Positions 19,322 to 28,815 of a DNA stretch of 37,633 bases are shown piece by piece. The stretch's first letter is position 1, and each line of letters starts with the position of its first letter. Both the position numbers and the translations under genes were made by a program. Source of the DNA: Oxalobacteraceae bacterium (GTDB lineage Bacteria; Pseudomonadota; Gammaproteobacteria; Burkholderiales; Burkholderiaceae_D); the NCBI GenBank assembly GCA_947446335.1, contig CANFGA010000001.1, positions 1 to 37,633 on the forward strand, given 5' to 3'. Below the pieces are notes generated by a model that worked only from the letters and a program-made list of their open reading frames with translations, was not told where the DNA came from and made no database searches.

Positions 19322-20104
19322 TCAAAAATCGACAAGATGATGTTCACGTAAATAAGCCAGCAATACTTGCGCTTTTTCGACAGCATTTCCTTGTTTAACG
19401 ACTTCCCCGCCGCCGCCGCCGGCATCGCTGCCGATCGCACCCAACATTCTGCTATGACCGCTCTGAGCAATCTTCGCTTGCAGGGGACGCGCACGGCGCG
19501 TGGCCGGTTCCAGTTGCCAGCATGGTGCCGTCAAAAAAGGGGGGGCAGCATCGGGCACGAGCCCAGCCTTGATGCGCCCGGCCGCGACGCGGGCATAGGC
19601 ATATTGGCGATTTTGCGCGGCGCGCGCGTGCACCGCCAGCAGCACCGGGCCGGACACTTCCAGCTTGCGGCGCAAGCCCTTGGGCAAGAACTGGCGCACG
19701 CTCAGCACGCAGCCTTGCAAGCTGGCGTCCAGCACATCGGCGATCATCGGCATGCGCAAGCGTTCGGCCAGCAGGTAAGGCAGCAAGCCGGACGCCGATT
19801 GGCCGTCGGCGCGGGCGCCGCACAGCACGATGTCGTAGCCTTGCAGGCGCGCCGCCAACGCTGGCGCGATATCGTGCTCCAGCGGCAGTTGCAAGACCTC
19901 GATTTCGGGCGCGCCCAGGCCAAAATAATCGGACAGCGCATCCTTGCCAGCGGCGCCGGCATGGAGCACGGTGATCTGTTCCAGCGGCGCCAGCCTGCAG
20001 CCCAGTTCAAAGGCGGCCGCGTCGCTTGCGCTGCGGATAGGACGCGCGCTCACCGGGTGCTGCGCGCTCGACACCAGCACGGCAATCTGGGGAAAAGGTT
20101 TCAT
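19322..20104 (-). CDS. etfB: Electron transfer flavoprotein beta subunit (Dgc-associated, FixA-like)
   Basis: DAAAFELG, DIVLCGARADGQSASGLLPYLLA; next to etfA and dgcAB. Confidence 0.8.
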   Translation of the reverse strand: MKPFPQIAVLVSSAQHPVSARPIRSASDAAAFELGCRLAPLEQITVLHAGAAGKDALSDYFGLGAPEIEVLQLPLEHDIAPALAARLQGYDIVLCGARADGQSASGLLPYLLAERLRMPMIADVLDASLQGCVLSVRQFLPKGLRRKLEVSGPVLLAVHARAAQNRQYAYARVAAGRIKAGLVPDAAPPFLTAPCWQLEPATRRARPLQAKIAQSGHSRMLGAIGSDAGGGGGEVVKQGNAVEKAQVLLAYLREHHLVDF

Positions 20105-20117
20105 GTCGGTTTCATCT

Positions 20118-21260
20118 CTACGGTAGCGTGCAAGGTGGAAGTGAACGCGCCTGCCGCACCAGTTCCAGCAGGGCCTGCATCAAAGCCTGGGTGTCCTCCA
20201 CCAGCGTCAGGTTGGCGCGCTTGACGATCGGCGCGCTCTCGTCGAGATTGACGGCAATCACATGGCGGCAATCCTTGATGCCTTGCAAATGCTGAACCGC
20301 GCCGGAAATGCCAAGCGCCAGATACGCGCTCGCTTGCACGGTCTTGCCGCTGGCGCCGATTTGCTTGGCGCGCACAAAGCGCCCGTCATCGACCGCCACC
20401 CGCGATGCGCCGGTGACCGCCCCCAAGGCCTGCGCCAGCGCGATGAAGGTATCCATGTCGCGCATCCCGTTACCTCCCGACAAGATCAAATCGGCTTCCT
20501 CCAGCGCGACCTGATCCAAACTGCTGGCTTCCAATCCCAGGTCGCGCACCTGCGCCAGCGGCAACGCCGCCAGCGATGCGGCGCACATCGGCACGGCTTC
20601 GACTTGGCCATGCCCGACAAACGGCAACTTGGCATCGGCCGCATGGCGCGCCAGCAAGATAATCTGGGGCAATGGACAGCGCGCATACTGACCCCCGGGA
20701 ACGATGCGTGCCGCGCTGTCGACACTCAATTCCACGATATCGGCAGCAACCGTGCGCCCGGTGCGCGCCGCCAGCCTGCGACCGAGGTCGCCATCGGCGT
20801 GCCGATCGGGCAGAAAAATGTGCAGCGGCTGATAGCGGGCGATCAATTGCTGCGCCAGCACCAGCGCCAGCTCCGGAAAGAAATGCGTGGATGGCAATTG
20901 CGGCAAGTTCACGACAATATCTGCGGCGGCCGCGCCCAGGTCATCGGTCGTTGCGCCGAACACCGCCACCACGACCGCGGTCTGCGCATCGGCCAGCAAG
21001 GCCGCCGCCGCAATCGCTTCGCGCGCATGGTCGTCCAGCGTGCCACGCTCGCTGTGCAGCAGAACCAGCATGTGCCGCACGGCCGTTTGCATGCTGCGCA
21101 GCGGTTTCGGTTTTTCCGCGTGCCGGGACAGGTGAACGTCGCGCAAGCCGTCCTGCGCGCCAAGAATGATGCGCTTCAAGCCGCTGGCAGCGATCAGGTA
21201 CGGACGACGCGGATCGATGCGGCGCAACGCCGCTGCATCGGGTGATTGGTGATGTTCCAT
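20118..21260 (-). CDS. etfA: Electron transfer flavoprotein alpha subunit (Dgc-associated, FixB-like)
   Basis: LEEADLILSGGNG, GASRVAVDDG, QIGASGKTV, LGISGAVQHLQGI, AVNLD. Confidence 0.9.
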   Translation of the reverse strand: MEHHQSPDAAALRRIDPRRPYLIAASGLKRIILGAQDGLRDVHLSRHAEKPKPLRSMQTAVRHMLVLLHSERGTLDDHAREAIAAAALLADAQTAVVVAVFGATTDDLGAAAADIVVNLPQLPSTHFFPELALVLAQQLIARYQPLHIFLPDRHADGDLGRRLAARTGRTVAADIVELSVDSAARIVPGGQYARCPLPQIILLARHAADAKLPFVGHGQVEAVPMCAASLAALPLAQVRDLGLEASSLDQVALEEADLILSGGNGMRDMDTFIALAQALGAVTGASRVAVDDGRFVRAKQIGASGKTVQASAYLALGISGAVQHLQGIKDCRHVIAVNLDESAPIVKRANLTLVEDTQALMQALLELVRQARSLPPCTLP

Positions 21261-23129
21261 TCATTCCCCCAAACGCTGGGCAACCAGCTCAGCCAATTCC
21301 ATCACCTCAGGGCGCACGCCGACCACGCCCTCGAGCATCGCGGTGCAATTCGGACAAGCCACCGCCACCACATCGGCGCCGATGGCGCGGGCATCGGCAA
21401 TGCGAATGTCGGGGATGCGCGTCGTGCCAGCAATATCGGTAAAGGGCGCGCCGCCGCCGCCGCCGCAACAACGCCCGCGCAAGCCGGAGCGCTCCATCTC
21501 GCGCACCGCGATGCCCAGCGCAGCCAATACCGCGCGCGGCGCGTCGGTTTCGCCGTTGTAGCGGCCGAGGTAACACGGGTCGTGATAAGTCATCGCCAGG
21601 GTCGATGGCGCACCGCTCAGGCGAATCTTGTCTTGCTTGAACAACTGCGCCAGCAACTGGCTGTGGTGCAACACATCGTAGCGCCCGCCCAGCGCCGGAT
21701 ATTCATTTTTAAGGCAATGGAACACATGCGGATCGGGTGTGACGATATGCTTGAACCGCAAGCCATCGAGCAAGCCGATATTACCGCGCGCCAGTTGCTG
21801 GAAAGTCGCCTCGTCACCCAGGCGGCGCGCCAGGTCGCCACTGTCGAGCTCGGCCTCGCCCAGCACCGCAAAGCGCAGCCCCGCATGCTGCAGCACCTTC
21901 ACCAGCGCGCGCAGCGCCCGTTGATAGCGCATGTCAAACGCGCCCTCGCCGGCGATGAGCAGCCAGTCCGTCTCGTCACCGGCGCGCAGCACCGGCACAT
22001 TCAGATCGATCGCCCAGTGATAGCGCACCGCCTTTGAAAATCCGCCGACGGTATCGGTGTTGCGCAAGTTTTCCAGCACCTGCGCGCCCTTGCCCGGTAC
22101 GGCACCTTGCACCATCGTCTGCTCGCGCCGAATATCGATGACGGCGTCGACATGCTCGATCAGCATCGGACACTCCTGCACGCATGCACGGCAGGTGGTG
22201 CAAGACCAGATCGTGTCGGCATCGATCAAGCCCGGCACGATCGCACTGTGCGGCGCGCCCCGATGCTGGCCTAGCCCCTTGCCGGGATAGGGCGTGCCGG
22301 CGTAGTCGGCATCGCTCTTGCTGGCCATTCCCGCCACCAGATCCTGGATCAGCTTCTTCGGGTTCAGCGGCTGGCCGGCGGCCAGCGCCGGACATGCCGC
22401 TTCGCATTTTCCGCACTGAACACAGGCATCGAACGATAGCAAGCGGTTCCATGCAAAATCGGCCGGCTTGGCAACGCCGTAATCCCCCTGCGACAAATCG
22501 AGTGCGCGCAAATCGGTCGAACGCTGGCTTGAAAAACGCGCCGGGCGCGGATGAAACGCCAAATGCAGCAAACCTGCAACGGCGTGCTTCATCGGGCCAC
22601 CGGCGCCGATGCCCAGTGCCAGTTCGGCGCCACCGATCAGCAACAAGACAATGACGATGGCAGCAGACGCCTGCCCGCCGGCCGGTGCCAGCCATGCTGC
22701 CAGAGCCGCGCCGCAAGCAAAGGCGGCCAGCGTCCATGGCAGACGCATCCACGGCCCGCGCGAGAGCCGTGCCGGCGGCGCGCGGCGACGCCATGCCATC
22801 AGCGCCGCACCGACCAGCATCAGCGCCGATGCCCCCAGCAACACCCGGTCCAGCCATGGCCAATACAGCACCAATCCGTAATTGAGCGCAATCACCAAGA
22901 TCGCCAGCACGGCGCCCCCGCCCACCGCGGCATGGGCGCGCGCAATGAAAGGCTCGCGCGCCACGACATGATGCAAGTCGACCAGATAGCGCTTTGGCAT
23001 CGCCAGCAAGCCGCTGAGCGCAACCTTGGCGCGGCGACCGTTGCGCCACAGGCGGGCGCGCCGTGCCAAGCCCAGCAACAGCAAGGCGCAAGCGAACCAG
23101 AACAAACAGGTAAGAGCCAGTGGCAGCAT
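21261..23129 (-). CDS. dgcB: Dimethylglycine catabolism protein DgcB (membrane-anchored Fe-S oxidoreductase with CCG domains)
   Basis: N-terminal TM helices; CVQCGKCEAACP and CTTCRACVQECP; YHDPCYLGR, CCGGGG, VACPNC; ATG 1 bp after the dgcA stop. Confidence 0.9.
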   Translation of the reverse strand: MLPLALTCLFWFACALLLLGLARRARLWRNGRRAKVALSGLLAMPKRYLVDLHHVVAREPFIARAHAAVGGGAVLAILVIALNYGLVLYWPWLDRVLLGASALMLVGAALMAWRRRAPPARLSRGPWMRLPWTLAAFACGAALAAWLAPAGGQASAAIVIVLLLIGGAELALGIGAGGPMKHAVAGLLHLAFHPRPARFSSQRSTDLRALDLSQGDYGVAKPADFAWNRLLSFDACVQCGKCEAACPALAAGQPLNPKKLIQDLVAGMASKSDADYAGTPYPGKGLGQHRGAPHSAIVPGLIDADTIWSCTTCRACVQECPMLIEHVDAVIDIRREQTMVQGAVPGKGAQVLENLRNTDTVGGFSKAVRYHWAIDLNVPVLRAGDETDWLLIAGEGAFDMRYQRALRALVKVLQHAGLRFAVLGEAELDSGDLARRLGDEATFQQLARGNIGLLDGLRFKHIVTPDPHVFHCLKNEYPALGGRYDVLHHSQLLAQLFKQDKIRLSGAPSTLAMTYHDPCYLGRYNGETDAPRAVLAALGIAVREMERSGLRGRCCGGGGGAPFTDIAGTTRIPDIRIADARAIGADVVAVACPNCTAMLEGVVGVRPEVMELAELVAQRLGE

Positions 23130-23130
23130 G

Positions 23131-25191
23131 TCAAAAGTCCTTGCATAAACGCAGAGCGTCATAAATTGCGCCGTGGATGTTGTGCATCGATATGCAATCG
23201 CCGACCCGAAACAGCAGGAACTGTCCGGGCGCCAAGGTGTGCGCAAGGCTCGGCTGCGGCTCGGAGGCAAACAGCGTGCGGATATCGGTCTGGCCGAGGT
23301 TGAACGAATGCTCCTTCAACTCCAGGTACAAGCCTTCGTTGGGCAAGATCCCGTTTTCGATCACGACTTGATCCACTTCGCGCTCTTCCTGCTCTTCCGT
23401 GTACTCATTGCGCAATACCGCAATGAGCTTGTCGCCTTCGGGCGTGACGCGGTCGAGCCAGTAATTGGGCGTCATGACCACGCCTTGCGCATACATGCGG
23501 CGATAGAAGATTGGAAAGGTGGTCCCACCCACATCGTCGGCCACCTTGACATCGGGCGTGACGATTTCGACCACGCTGCCGCGACTGGCCAGAAAGTCGG
23601 CGACCCCGGCGCCCGCTTGCGTGCTCACGCCGTCATAGACCAGCACGTTTTTCTTCGGCGCAACTTTGCCCGAGAGGATGTCCCAGCTGCTCACCGACCA
23701 GCCTTGCGCCGCGCCCCACTCGGGCACCTGTCCGGTATGGCTGCTGCCGCCGGTTGCCAGCACCACGATGTCGGGTTGCTCGGCCAGGATCGCTTGTGCA
23801 TCGGCGGCGACACCGAGCCGGCGATCGACGCCCAGGCGCTTGGTTTCCATGTCAAACCAGCGCACGATGCCGGCCATCTGTTCGCGTTGCGGCGCCTTGG
23901 CCGCAAGCATGATCTGGCCGCCGACCTGGTCGCTCTTTTCGAACAGCACGACATCGTGACCGCGTTCGCGCGTCACCCGGGCCGCTTCCAGGCCGGCCGG
24001 ACCGGCGCCGACGACGACCACCTTGCGCTTCTTGCCGCGCGACTTTTCGATCAGGTGCGGCATGGTTTGCTCGCGGCTGGTGGCCGCGTTTTGCACGCAC
24101 AGCACATCGAGTCCGTTGTATTGGCGGTCGATGCAATAATTGGCACCGACGCATTGCTTGATCTGGTCTTCGCGCCCATCGCGAATTTTCATCACCAGAT
24201 GCGGGTCCGCGATATGCGCGCGCGTCATGCCGACCAGGTCGCACATGCCGCTGGCCAGAATGCGCTCCGCCTGGACCGGATCGCGTATGCTCTGCGCGTG
24301 CATCACCGGCAGCGTCAATACCGACTTGATGCCCAATGCCAGATGCACGAAAGGCTCAGGCGGCAAGGCCATCGGCGGCATGCAATTGACCAGCGTATTG
24401 TGGGTATCGGCACCGGAACCGATGACGCTGACAAAATCGATCAAGCCGGTCTGTTCCATCTTGAGCGCGATTTCCTTGAGCATCTCGTGGCTCAAGCCGT
24501 CTTCATGGAACTCATCGCCGCACATGCGCAAGCCGACGCAGAAATCGGGACCGACTGCTGCGCGCACCGCCGTCAACACCTCGATACCGAAGCGCAACCG
24601 GTTTTGCAAGCTGCCGCCGTAGTCGTCGGTCCGTTTGTTGGTGCGCGGGCTCCAGAACTGGTCGATCAGATGCTGATGCGCGGCTGAAATCTCGACCCCA
24701 TCCATGCCCGCTGCCTGCACGCGCCTGGCGGCATCGGCAAAATCTTGCACGATGCGGCGAATTTCATGCAGCTCGATGGTCTTGGCATTGCCGCGATGGA
24801 CCGGCTCGCGGATGCCCGACGGCGTCACCAGATGCGGCCAGTGCTCGCCGTGAAAACTGGAGCGGCGCCCCATGTGGGTGGCCTGGATCATGATCTTGGC
24901 ACCATGCTTGTGCATCGTCTCGGCCAGCCGCGCGAGCGGTTCGATGATCCGGTCGTGCGACAAGTCGATCGATTTCCACCAGCCTTGCGGACTGTCGATC
25001 GAGACCGAACTGGAACCGCCGCAAATCGCCAAACCCAAGCCACCCTTGGCTTTTTCTTCGTAATAGCGCAGGTAGCGCTCGCCCGGCAAGCCATTCTCGG
25101 CATAGACCTCGGCATGAGCCGTGCTGATGATGCGATTGCGGATCGTGACCTTGTTGATCGTGATCGGCGCAAACAGATGTGGATAACGCAT
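23131..25191 (-). CDS. dgcA: Dimethylglycine catabolism protein DgcA (Old Yellow Enzyme/TMADH-like flavoprotein)
   Basis: RNRIISTAHAEVYA, VEISAAHQHLIDQFWSPRTNKRTDDYGGS, CVGANYC, GAGPAGLEAA, end IYDALRLCKDF; 686 aa. Confidence 0.92.
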   Translation of the reverse strand: MRYPHLFAPITINKVTIRNRIISTAHAEVYAENGLPGERYLRYYEEKAKGGLGLAICGGSSSVSIDSPQGWWKSIDLSHDRIIEPLARLAETMHKHGAKIMIQATHMGRRSSFHGEHWPHLVTPSGIREPVHRGNAKTIELHEIRRIVQDFADAARRVQAAGMDGVEISAAHQHLIDQFWSPRTNKRTDDYGGSLQNRLRFGIEVLTAVRAAVGPDFCVGLRMCGDEFHEDGLSHEMLKEIALKMEQTGLIDFVSVIGSGADTHNTLVNCMPPMALPPEPFVHLALGIKSVLTLPVMHAQSIRDPVQAERILASGMCDLVGMTRAHIADPHLVMKIRDGREDQIKQCVGANYCIDRQYNGLDVLCVQNAATSREQTMPHLIEKSRGKKRKVVVVGAGPAGLEAARVTRERGHDVVLFEKSDQVGGQIMLAAKAPQREQMAGIVRWFDMETKRLGVDRRLGVAADAQAILAEQPDIVVLATGGSSHTGQVPEWGAAQGWSVSSWDILSGKVAPKKNVLVYDGVSTQAGAGVADFLASRGSVVEIVTPDVKVADDVGGTTFPIFYRRMYAQGVVMTPNYWLDRVTPEGDKLIAVLRNEYTEEQEEREVDQVVIENGILPNEGLYLELKEHSFNLGQTDIRTLFASEPQPSLAHTLAPGQFLLFRVGDCISMHNIHGAIYDALRLCKDF

Positions 25192-25219
25192 GCGAGCCTC
25201 GTGGTCTGGTTCTGGAAAT

Positions 25220-25738
25220 CTATTTGGGTGCTACGGTGAAGACGCAGTGGTCGTGACCTTCGGCAGCGCATTGCGTTTCGCTGCTGGTCGTGGTGTAGCT
25301 GCGCCCGGTATTGCTGGCGACCCAGTCCATCGCGCCCGAGAACCAGCCGGCGAACATGTAGCAGAGTTTGTCATTGAGCTCGGGTTGGGCCAGAACGAAA
25401 ACCGAGTGTTGCAGCGTGACACGGGCGTAACCGGTGTCGGCATCGACGGCGTCGAAGGCGAACAAGCCCCAGCCGCGCTGTGACAGACGTTTCAGGTAAT
25501 GTTCGAACACGGCCAGACCGGACAGGCCGTGCGTGGCCGCCTCCTTGTCGCACCAGAAATAGGCGCTCTTGTGGCCGGCGTCGTAGAGTTGCTGCGCATG
25601 GCGCTCGCGTCCGAGGGCCGCTTCGATTGCGGCGTGGTTATTGACAAAGAAATGGCGCGGAACATACAGCATCGGCAAATTGTCGGTGGTCCAGATGCCG
25701 GTGCTTGCGTCGACGTCGATGGGGAGTTGTGGGTGCAT
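25220..25738 (-). CDS. V4R (4-vinyl reductase)-domain protein conserved upstream of dgcA
   Basis: PQLPIDVD..TGIWTTD.LPMLYVPRHFF, SQRGWG, CYMFAGWFSG, ETQC..EGHDHCVF; same position as the P. aeruginosa PA5397-type gene. Confidence 0.85.
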   Translation of the reverse strand: MHPQLPIDVDASTGIWTTDNLPMLYVPRHFFVNNHAAIEAALGRERHAQQLYDAGHKSAYFWCDKEAATHGLSGLAVFEHYLKRLSQRGWGLFAFDAVDADTGYARVTLQHSVFVLAQPELNDKLCYMFAGWFSGAMDWVASNTGRSYTTTSSETQCAAEGHDHCVFTVAPK

Positions 25739-25845
25739 TTTTTTCTTTCGGTTTGACTGCAAAATTGAGGACGCCAGTCCCATGTGATGAGACACAACCG
25801 CCCTGCCAGGCACGCTCTACTGCAGCCGGCACGCAGGGCGCGGCG

Positions 25846-26817
25846 TCACTCGCCCCACACCTCGCCAAACACGCGCATCCAGTTTTCACCCAATACCTTG
25901 CGTATCCGCGCTTCGGTCCAGCCCGCCTTTTCCATGGCGGCAGTCAGATTGGGGAACTCGCCGATGGTGCGTATGCCCAGCGGATTGAGCACCGTGCCAA
26001 AGTCGGTCAGCTTGCGATAGCGGCCCTTGTCGTGGGTGATCAAGTCGAAGAAGCCCCGGTCATAACCCTGCGTGAAATCGGTGCCGATGCCGACGCAATC
26101 GTCACCGACCAGATTGATCACGTAATCGATCGCTTCGACATAATCGTCAACCGTGGCGTCGGTGCCGCGCTTGAGGAAAGGCGGGAACATCGTCACGCCG
26201 ATGAAACCGCCATGCTCTGCAATGAAGCGCAACTGTTCATCGCTCTTGTTGCGCGGATGCGCCTTCAAGCCGGTCGGCAGGCAATGTGAATAGCAGACCG
26301 GCTTCTTCGATGCCAGAATCGCTTCCTGCGAGGTGTTGCCGCCGACATGCGACAAGTCGACCATGATGCCGACACGATTCATTTCCGCGATCGCTTCGCG
26401 CCCGAATCCGGACAGCCCGCCATCGCGCTCATAGCAGCCGGTGCCGATCAGGTTTTGCGTGTTGTAGCAAAGCTGAACCACCCGCACCCCCATGTCGGCA
26501 TAGGCTTCGATGTAGCTCAGATTGTCTTCGAACGCATGCGCATTCTGAAAGCCGAGCACGATGCCAGTCTTGCCGTTGGCCTTGGCATCGCGAATGTCTT
26601 GCGTTGAGCGCACCAGGGTCAGCAGATCGCTGTTATCGCGGATCATTTTTTTCATGTCGCCGATGTTGTCCACCGTCCCCTGAAACCCTTCCCAGATCGA
26701 TACCGTGCAATTGGCGGCGCTCAAACCGCCGCGGCGCATGTCCTCGAACACCGAACGTTCCCATTTCGAGATGATCAAGCCGTCGATCACCAGTGCGTTG
26801 TCATGTAAGCTGCTCAT
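25846..26817 (-). CDS. Membrane/renal dipeptidase (M19)-like amidohydrolase, non-canonical
   Basis: [52 protein letters not shown]; AGGAG RBS. Confidence 0.9.
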   Translation of the reverse strand: MSSLHDNALVIDGLIISKWERSVFEDMRRGGLSAANCTVSIWEGFQGTVDNIGDMKKMIRDNSDLLTLVRSTQDIRDAKANGKTGIVLGFQNAHAFEDNLSYIEAYADMGVRVVQLCYNTQNLIGTGCYERDGGLSGFGREAIAEMNRVGIMVDLSHVGGNTSQEAILASKKPVCYSHCLPTGLKAHPRNKSDEQLRFIAEHGGFIGVTMFPPFLKRGTDATVDDYVEAIDYVINLVGDDCVGIGTDFTQGYDRGFFDLITHDKGRYRKLTDFGTVLNPLGIRTIGEFPNLTAAMEKAGWTEARIRKVLGENWMRVFGEVWGE

Positions 26818-26857
26818 TCATTTCTCCTGAAGTGATTCTCGTGACGATGAGTGACAA

Positions 26858-27212
26858 TTAATGAATCGGGAATCTGGCGCACATTGCCCATGCCTCGGCG
26901 CGCACCCTTTGCTCGATGGCGGTATTGTTGTCGGGGTTGTGGCGCAATCCGTTGAGCACCTCGATCATCATGGCGCCGATATGACGAAATTCTTCCACGC
27001 CAAAACCGCGCGTGGTGCCGGCCGATGTCCCCAACCGGACACCGGAAGTGATGGCCGGTTTTTTGCGCTTCCAACACTGCGCGCGAGGCCATGTTTTCGG
27101 ACGCGATCATCTCGATCTGATGACGCTGGCGCAGCATTTCTCCATGGATGCTGGCCATGATCAAGGGATCGGTTTCCGACAAGCGCGATGCGAAAAAGGA
27201 TGAATGTGGCAT
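26858..27212 (-). pseudogene. glyA: Serine hydroxymethyltransferase with a large internal deletion and frameshift
   Basis: First 50 codons [16 protein letters not shown]...[19 protein letters not shown] are the SHMT N-terminus. After an A6 run (27059-27064) the +1 frame gives [21 protein letters not shown]...CARFPIH-stop, the SHMT C-terminus. The PLP-lysine core is absent. GGAG RBS intact. Confidence 0.92.
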
Positions 27213-27299
27213 GGATGCTCCGTAGGTGATCTTCAGCAAAATTGCACCCATGCTGCGCAAGTGCCATGGCGCGCTTTTTGGCGCAGTGTCATGAGCTCT

Positions 27300-27363
27300 A
27301 TATTAAGAAACCCCTTCCATCACAATTGAACACAAAGGACTTGGACTTGATCAAATTCGACAT
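27300..27363 (-). promoter_or_regulatory. Putative GbdR-type site and -10 for the glyA-dgc-gbc operon
   Basis: Minus-strand ATGTCG at 27363, degenerate AAGTCC 21 bp downstream (27342), TAATAT 37 bp further (27305-27300). Confidence 0.55.
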
Positions 27364-27494
27364 CGGAATTGATATCTCAAGATTCCATTTTCTGCGCACC
27401 GCCCTGTGGGACGGGGTTTCAACCGAAGTCAGATTCAGATGAAAACCGCGGATGCCAAGTTGCCGCATTCTTGGAAATGAATCCTGGCTGGCGC

Positions 27495-27558
27495 ATGTCG
27501 TTTTCAGGACAGTCGATGTCGCTCTTCTATTATTTTTTTACTCATGGAGTTTTATATT
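27495..27558 (+). promoter_or_regulatory. Putative GbdR-type site and -10 for the betaine/choline ABC core
   Basis: ATGTCG at 27495 and 27516 (21-bp period); TATATT at 27553-27558. Confidence 0.7.
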
Positions 27559-27645
27559 GAATGTGTTACGCGACTGAAAATGTTCGCCTTCAAGAAAGCC
27601 CGGCAAGCGTTTTGAATACGATATGAAACCCAGAGGAAAACTCGC

Positions 27646-28815
27646 ATGCCATCTGACAAAGTAGTGGTAAAGAATCTGTACAAGGTATTTGATCCGGACC
27701 CACGCGATGCGCTCGCGATGCTGAAACAGGGCATCAAAAAGGATGTCGTTTTTTCCAAAACGGGCAAGGTGGTCGGTGTCAACGACATATCGTTCCAGGT
27801 GAACGAAGGCGAAATCTTTGTCTTGATGGGCTTGTCCGGCTCCGGCAAATCGACCCTGATCCGGCTGATCAACCGATTGCTCGATCCATCGGATGGCCAG
27901 ATCTATGTCGACGGACAGGATGTCTCCAAACTCTCCGCCAAAGACCTGGTCAAGTTGCGACGCAGTAACATGAGCATGGTGTTCCAGTCATTTGCGCTGA
28001 TGCCGCACCGCACGGTGCTCGACAACACGGCATTCGGCCTCGAGATCGCCGGCGTGGGCCGCAAAGCGCGCGAACAGCGCGCGCAACAGGTGCTCGAACA
28101 AGTCGGGCTCGGCCCCTATGCGAGGAAATATCCGCGCCAGCTTTCCGGCGGCATGCAACAGCGCGTCGGTCTGGCGCGCGCGCTGGCGGTCAATCCATCG
28201 CTGATGCTGATGGATGAGGCCTTCTCGGCCCTCGATCCGCTCAAGAGACAGGAAATGCAGGATGTCTTGTTGGCACTGCAAAGCGAACAGAAACGCACGA
28301 TCATGTTTGTCTCGCACGATCTCGAAGAAGCCTTGCGCATCGGTGGCCGCATCGCCATCATGGAGGGCGGCAACCTGGTCCAGGTCGGCACGCCGCAGGA
28401 AATCATCGAGAATCCGGCAGACGAATACGTGCGCTCTTTTTTCAAAAGTGTCGATACCTCGCGCTATTTGCTGGCCGCAGACATGCTCGATAGCACCGGC
28501 ATCCCGGTCGTGGTGCAACACAAGGCGCTGGAGAACCCGCCCGCCTGGCAACCCTGGCTGGCATTCGTGAACCAGGACCGCAAATGGCTCGGTTTGCTCA
28601 GTGCCGACCTGCTGACGGCGACGCGCAATCCCTTGCAAGCGCTGCAGTCGCAATACGGCGCCGTGTCGGAGCGCACCACGCTGCACGACATCTTGCCCGA
28701 GTTGCTGGGCAGAACCGCGCCGCTGCCGGTCCTCGATGGCGACGGCTGTTATCTGGGCGTCATCACGGCGGCCAGCGCCTTGCGCAAAATTTCCATCGGG
28801 GCCAATCATGTCTGA
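27646..28815 (+). CDS. proV: Quaternary amine (betaine/choline) ABC transporter ATP-binding protein with CBS-like tail
   Basis: MGLSGSGKST, MVFQSFALMPH, LSGGMQQRVGLARAL, MDEAFSALDPL, VSHDL; GAGG RBS. Confidence 0.93.
   Translation: MPSDKVVVKNLYKVFDPDPRDALAMLKQGIKKDVVFSKTGKVVGVNDISFQVNEGEIFVLMGLSGSGKSTLIRLINRLLDPSDGQIYVDGQDVSKLSAKDLVKLRRSNMSMVFQSFALMPHRTVLDNTAFGLEIAGVGRKAREQRAQQVLEQVGLGPYARKYPRQLSGGMQQRVGLARALAVNPSLMLMDEAFSALDPLKRQEMQDVLLALQSEQKRTIMFVSHDLEEALRIGGRIAIMEGGNLVQVGTPQEIIENPADEYVRSFFKSVDTSRYLLAADMLDSTGIPVVVQHKALENPPAWQPWLAFVNQDRKWLGLLSADLLTATRNPLQALQSQYGAVSERTTLHDILPELLGRTAPLPVLDGDGCYLGVITAASALRKISIGANHV

Noticed and set aside
23173-24687. 504-aa plus-strand ORF (also 13137-14267, 19367-20224, 20262-21245)
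   Set aside because: Antisense to dgcA, livH and etf genes with no domain signatures.
26814-27260. 148-aa hypothetical protein as a real gene
   Set aside because: It is the glyA N-terminus followed by out-of-frame read-through; reported as a pseudogene.
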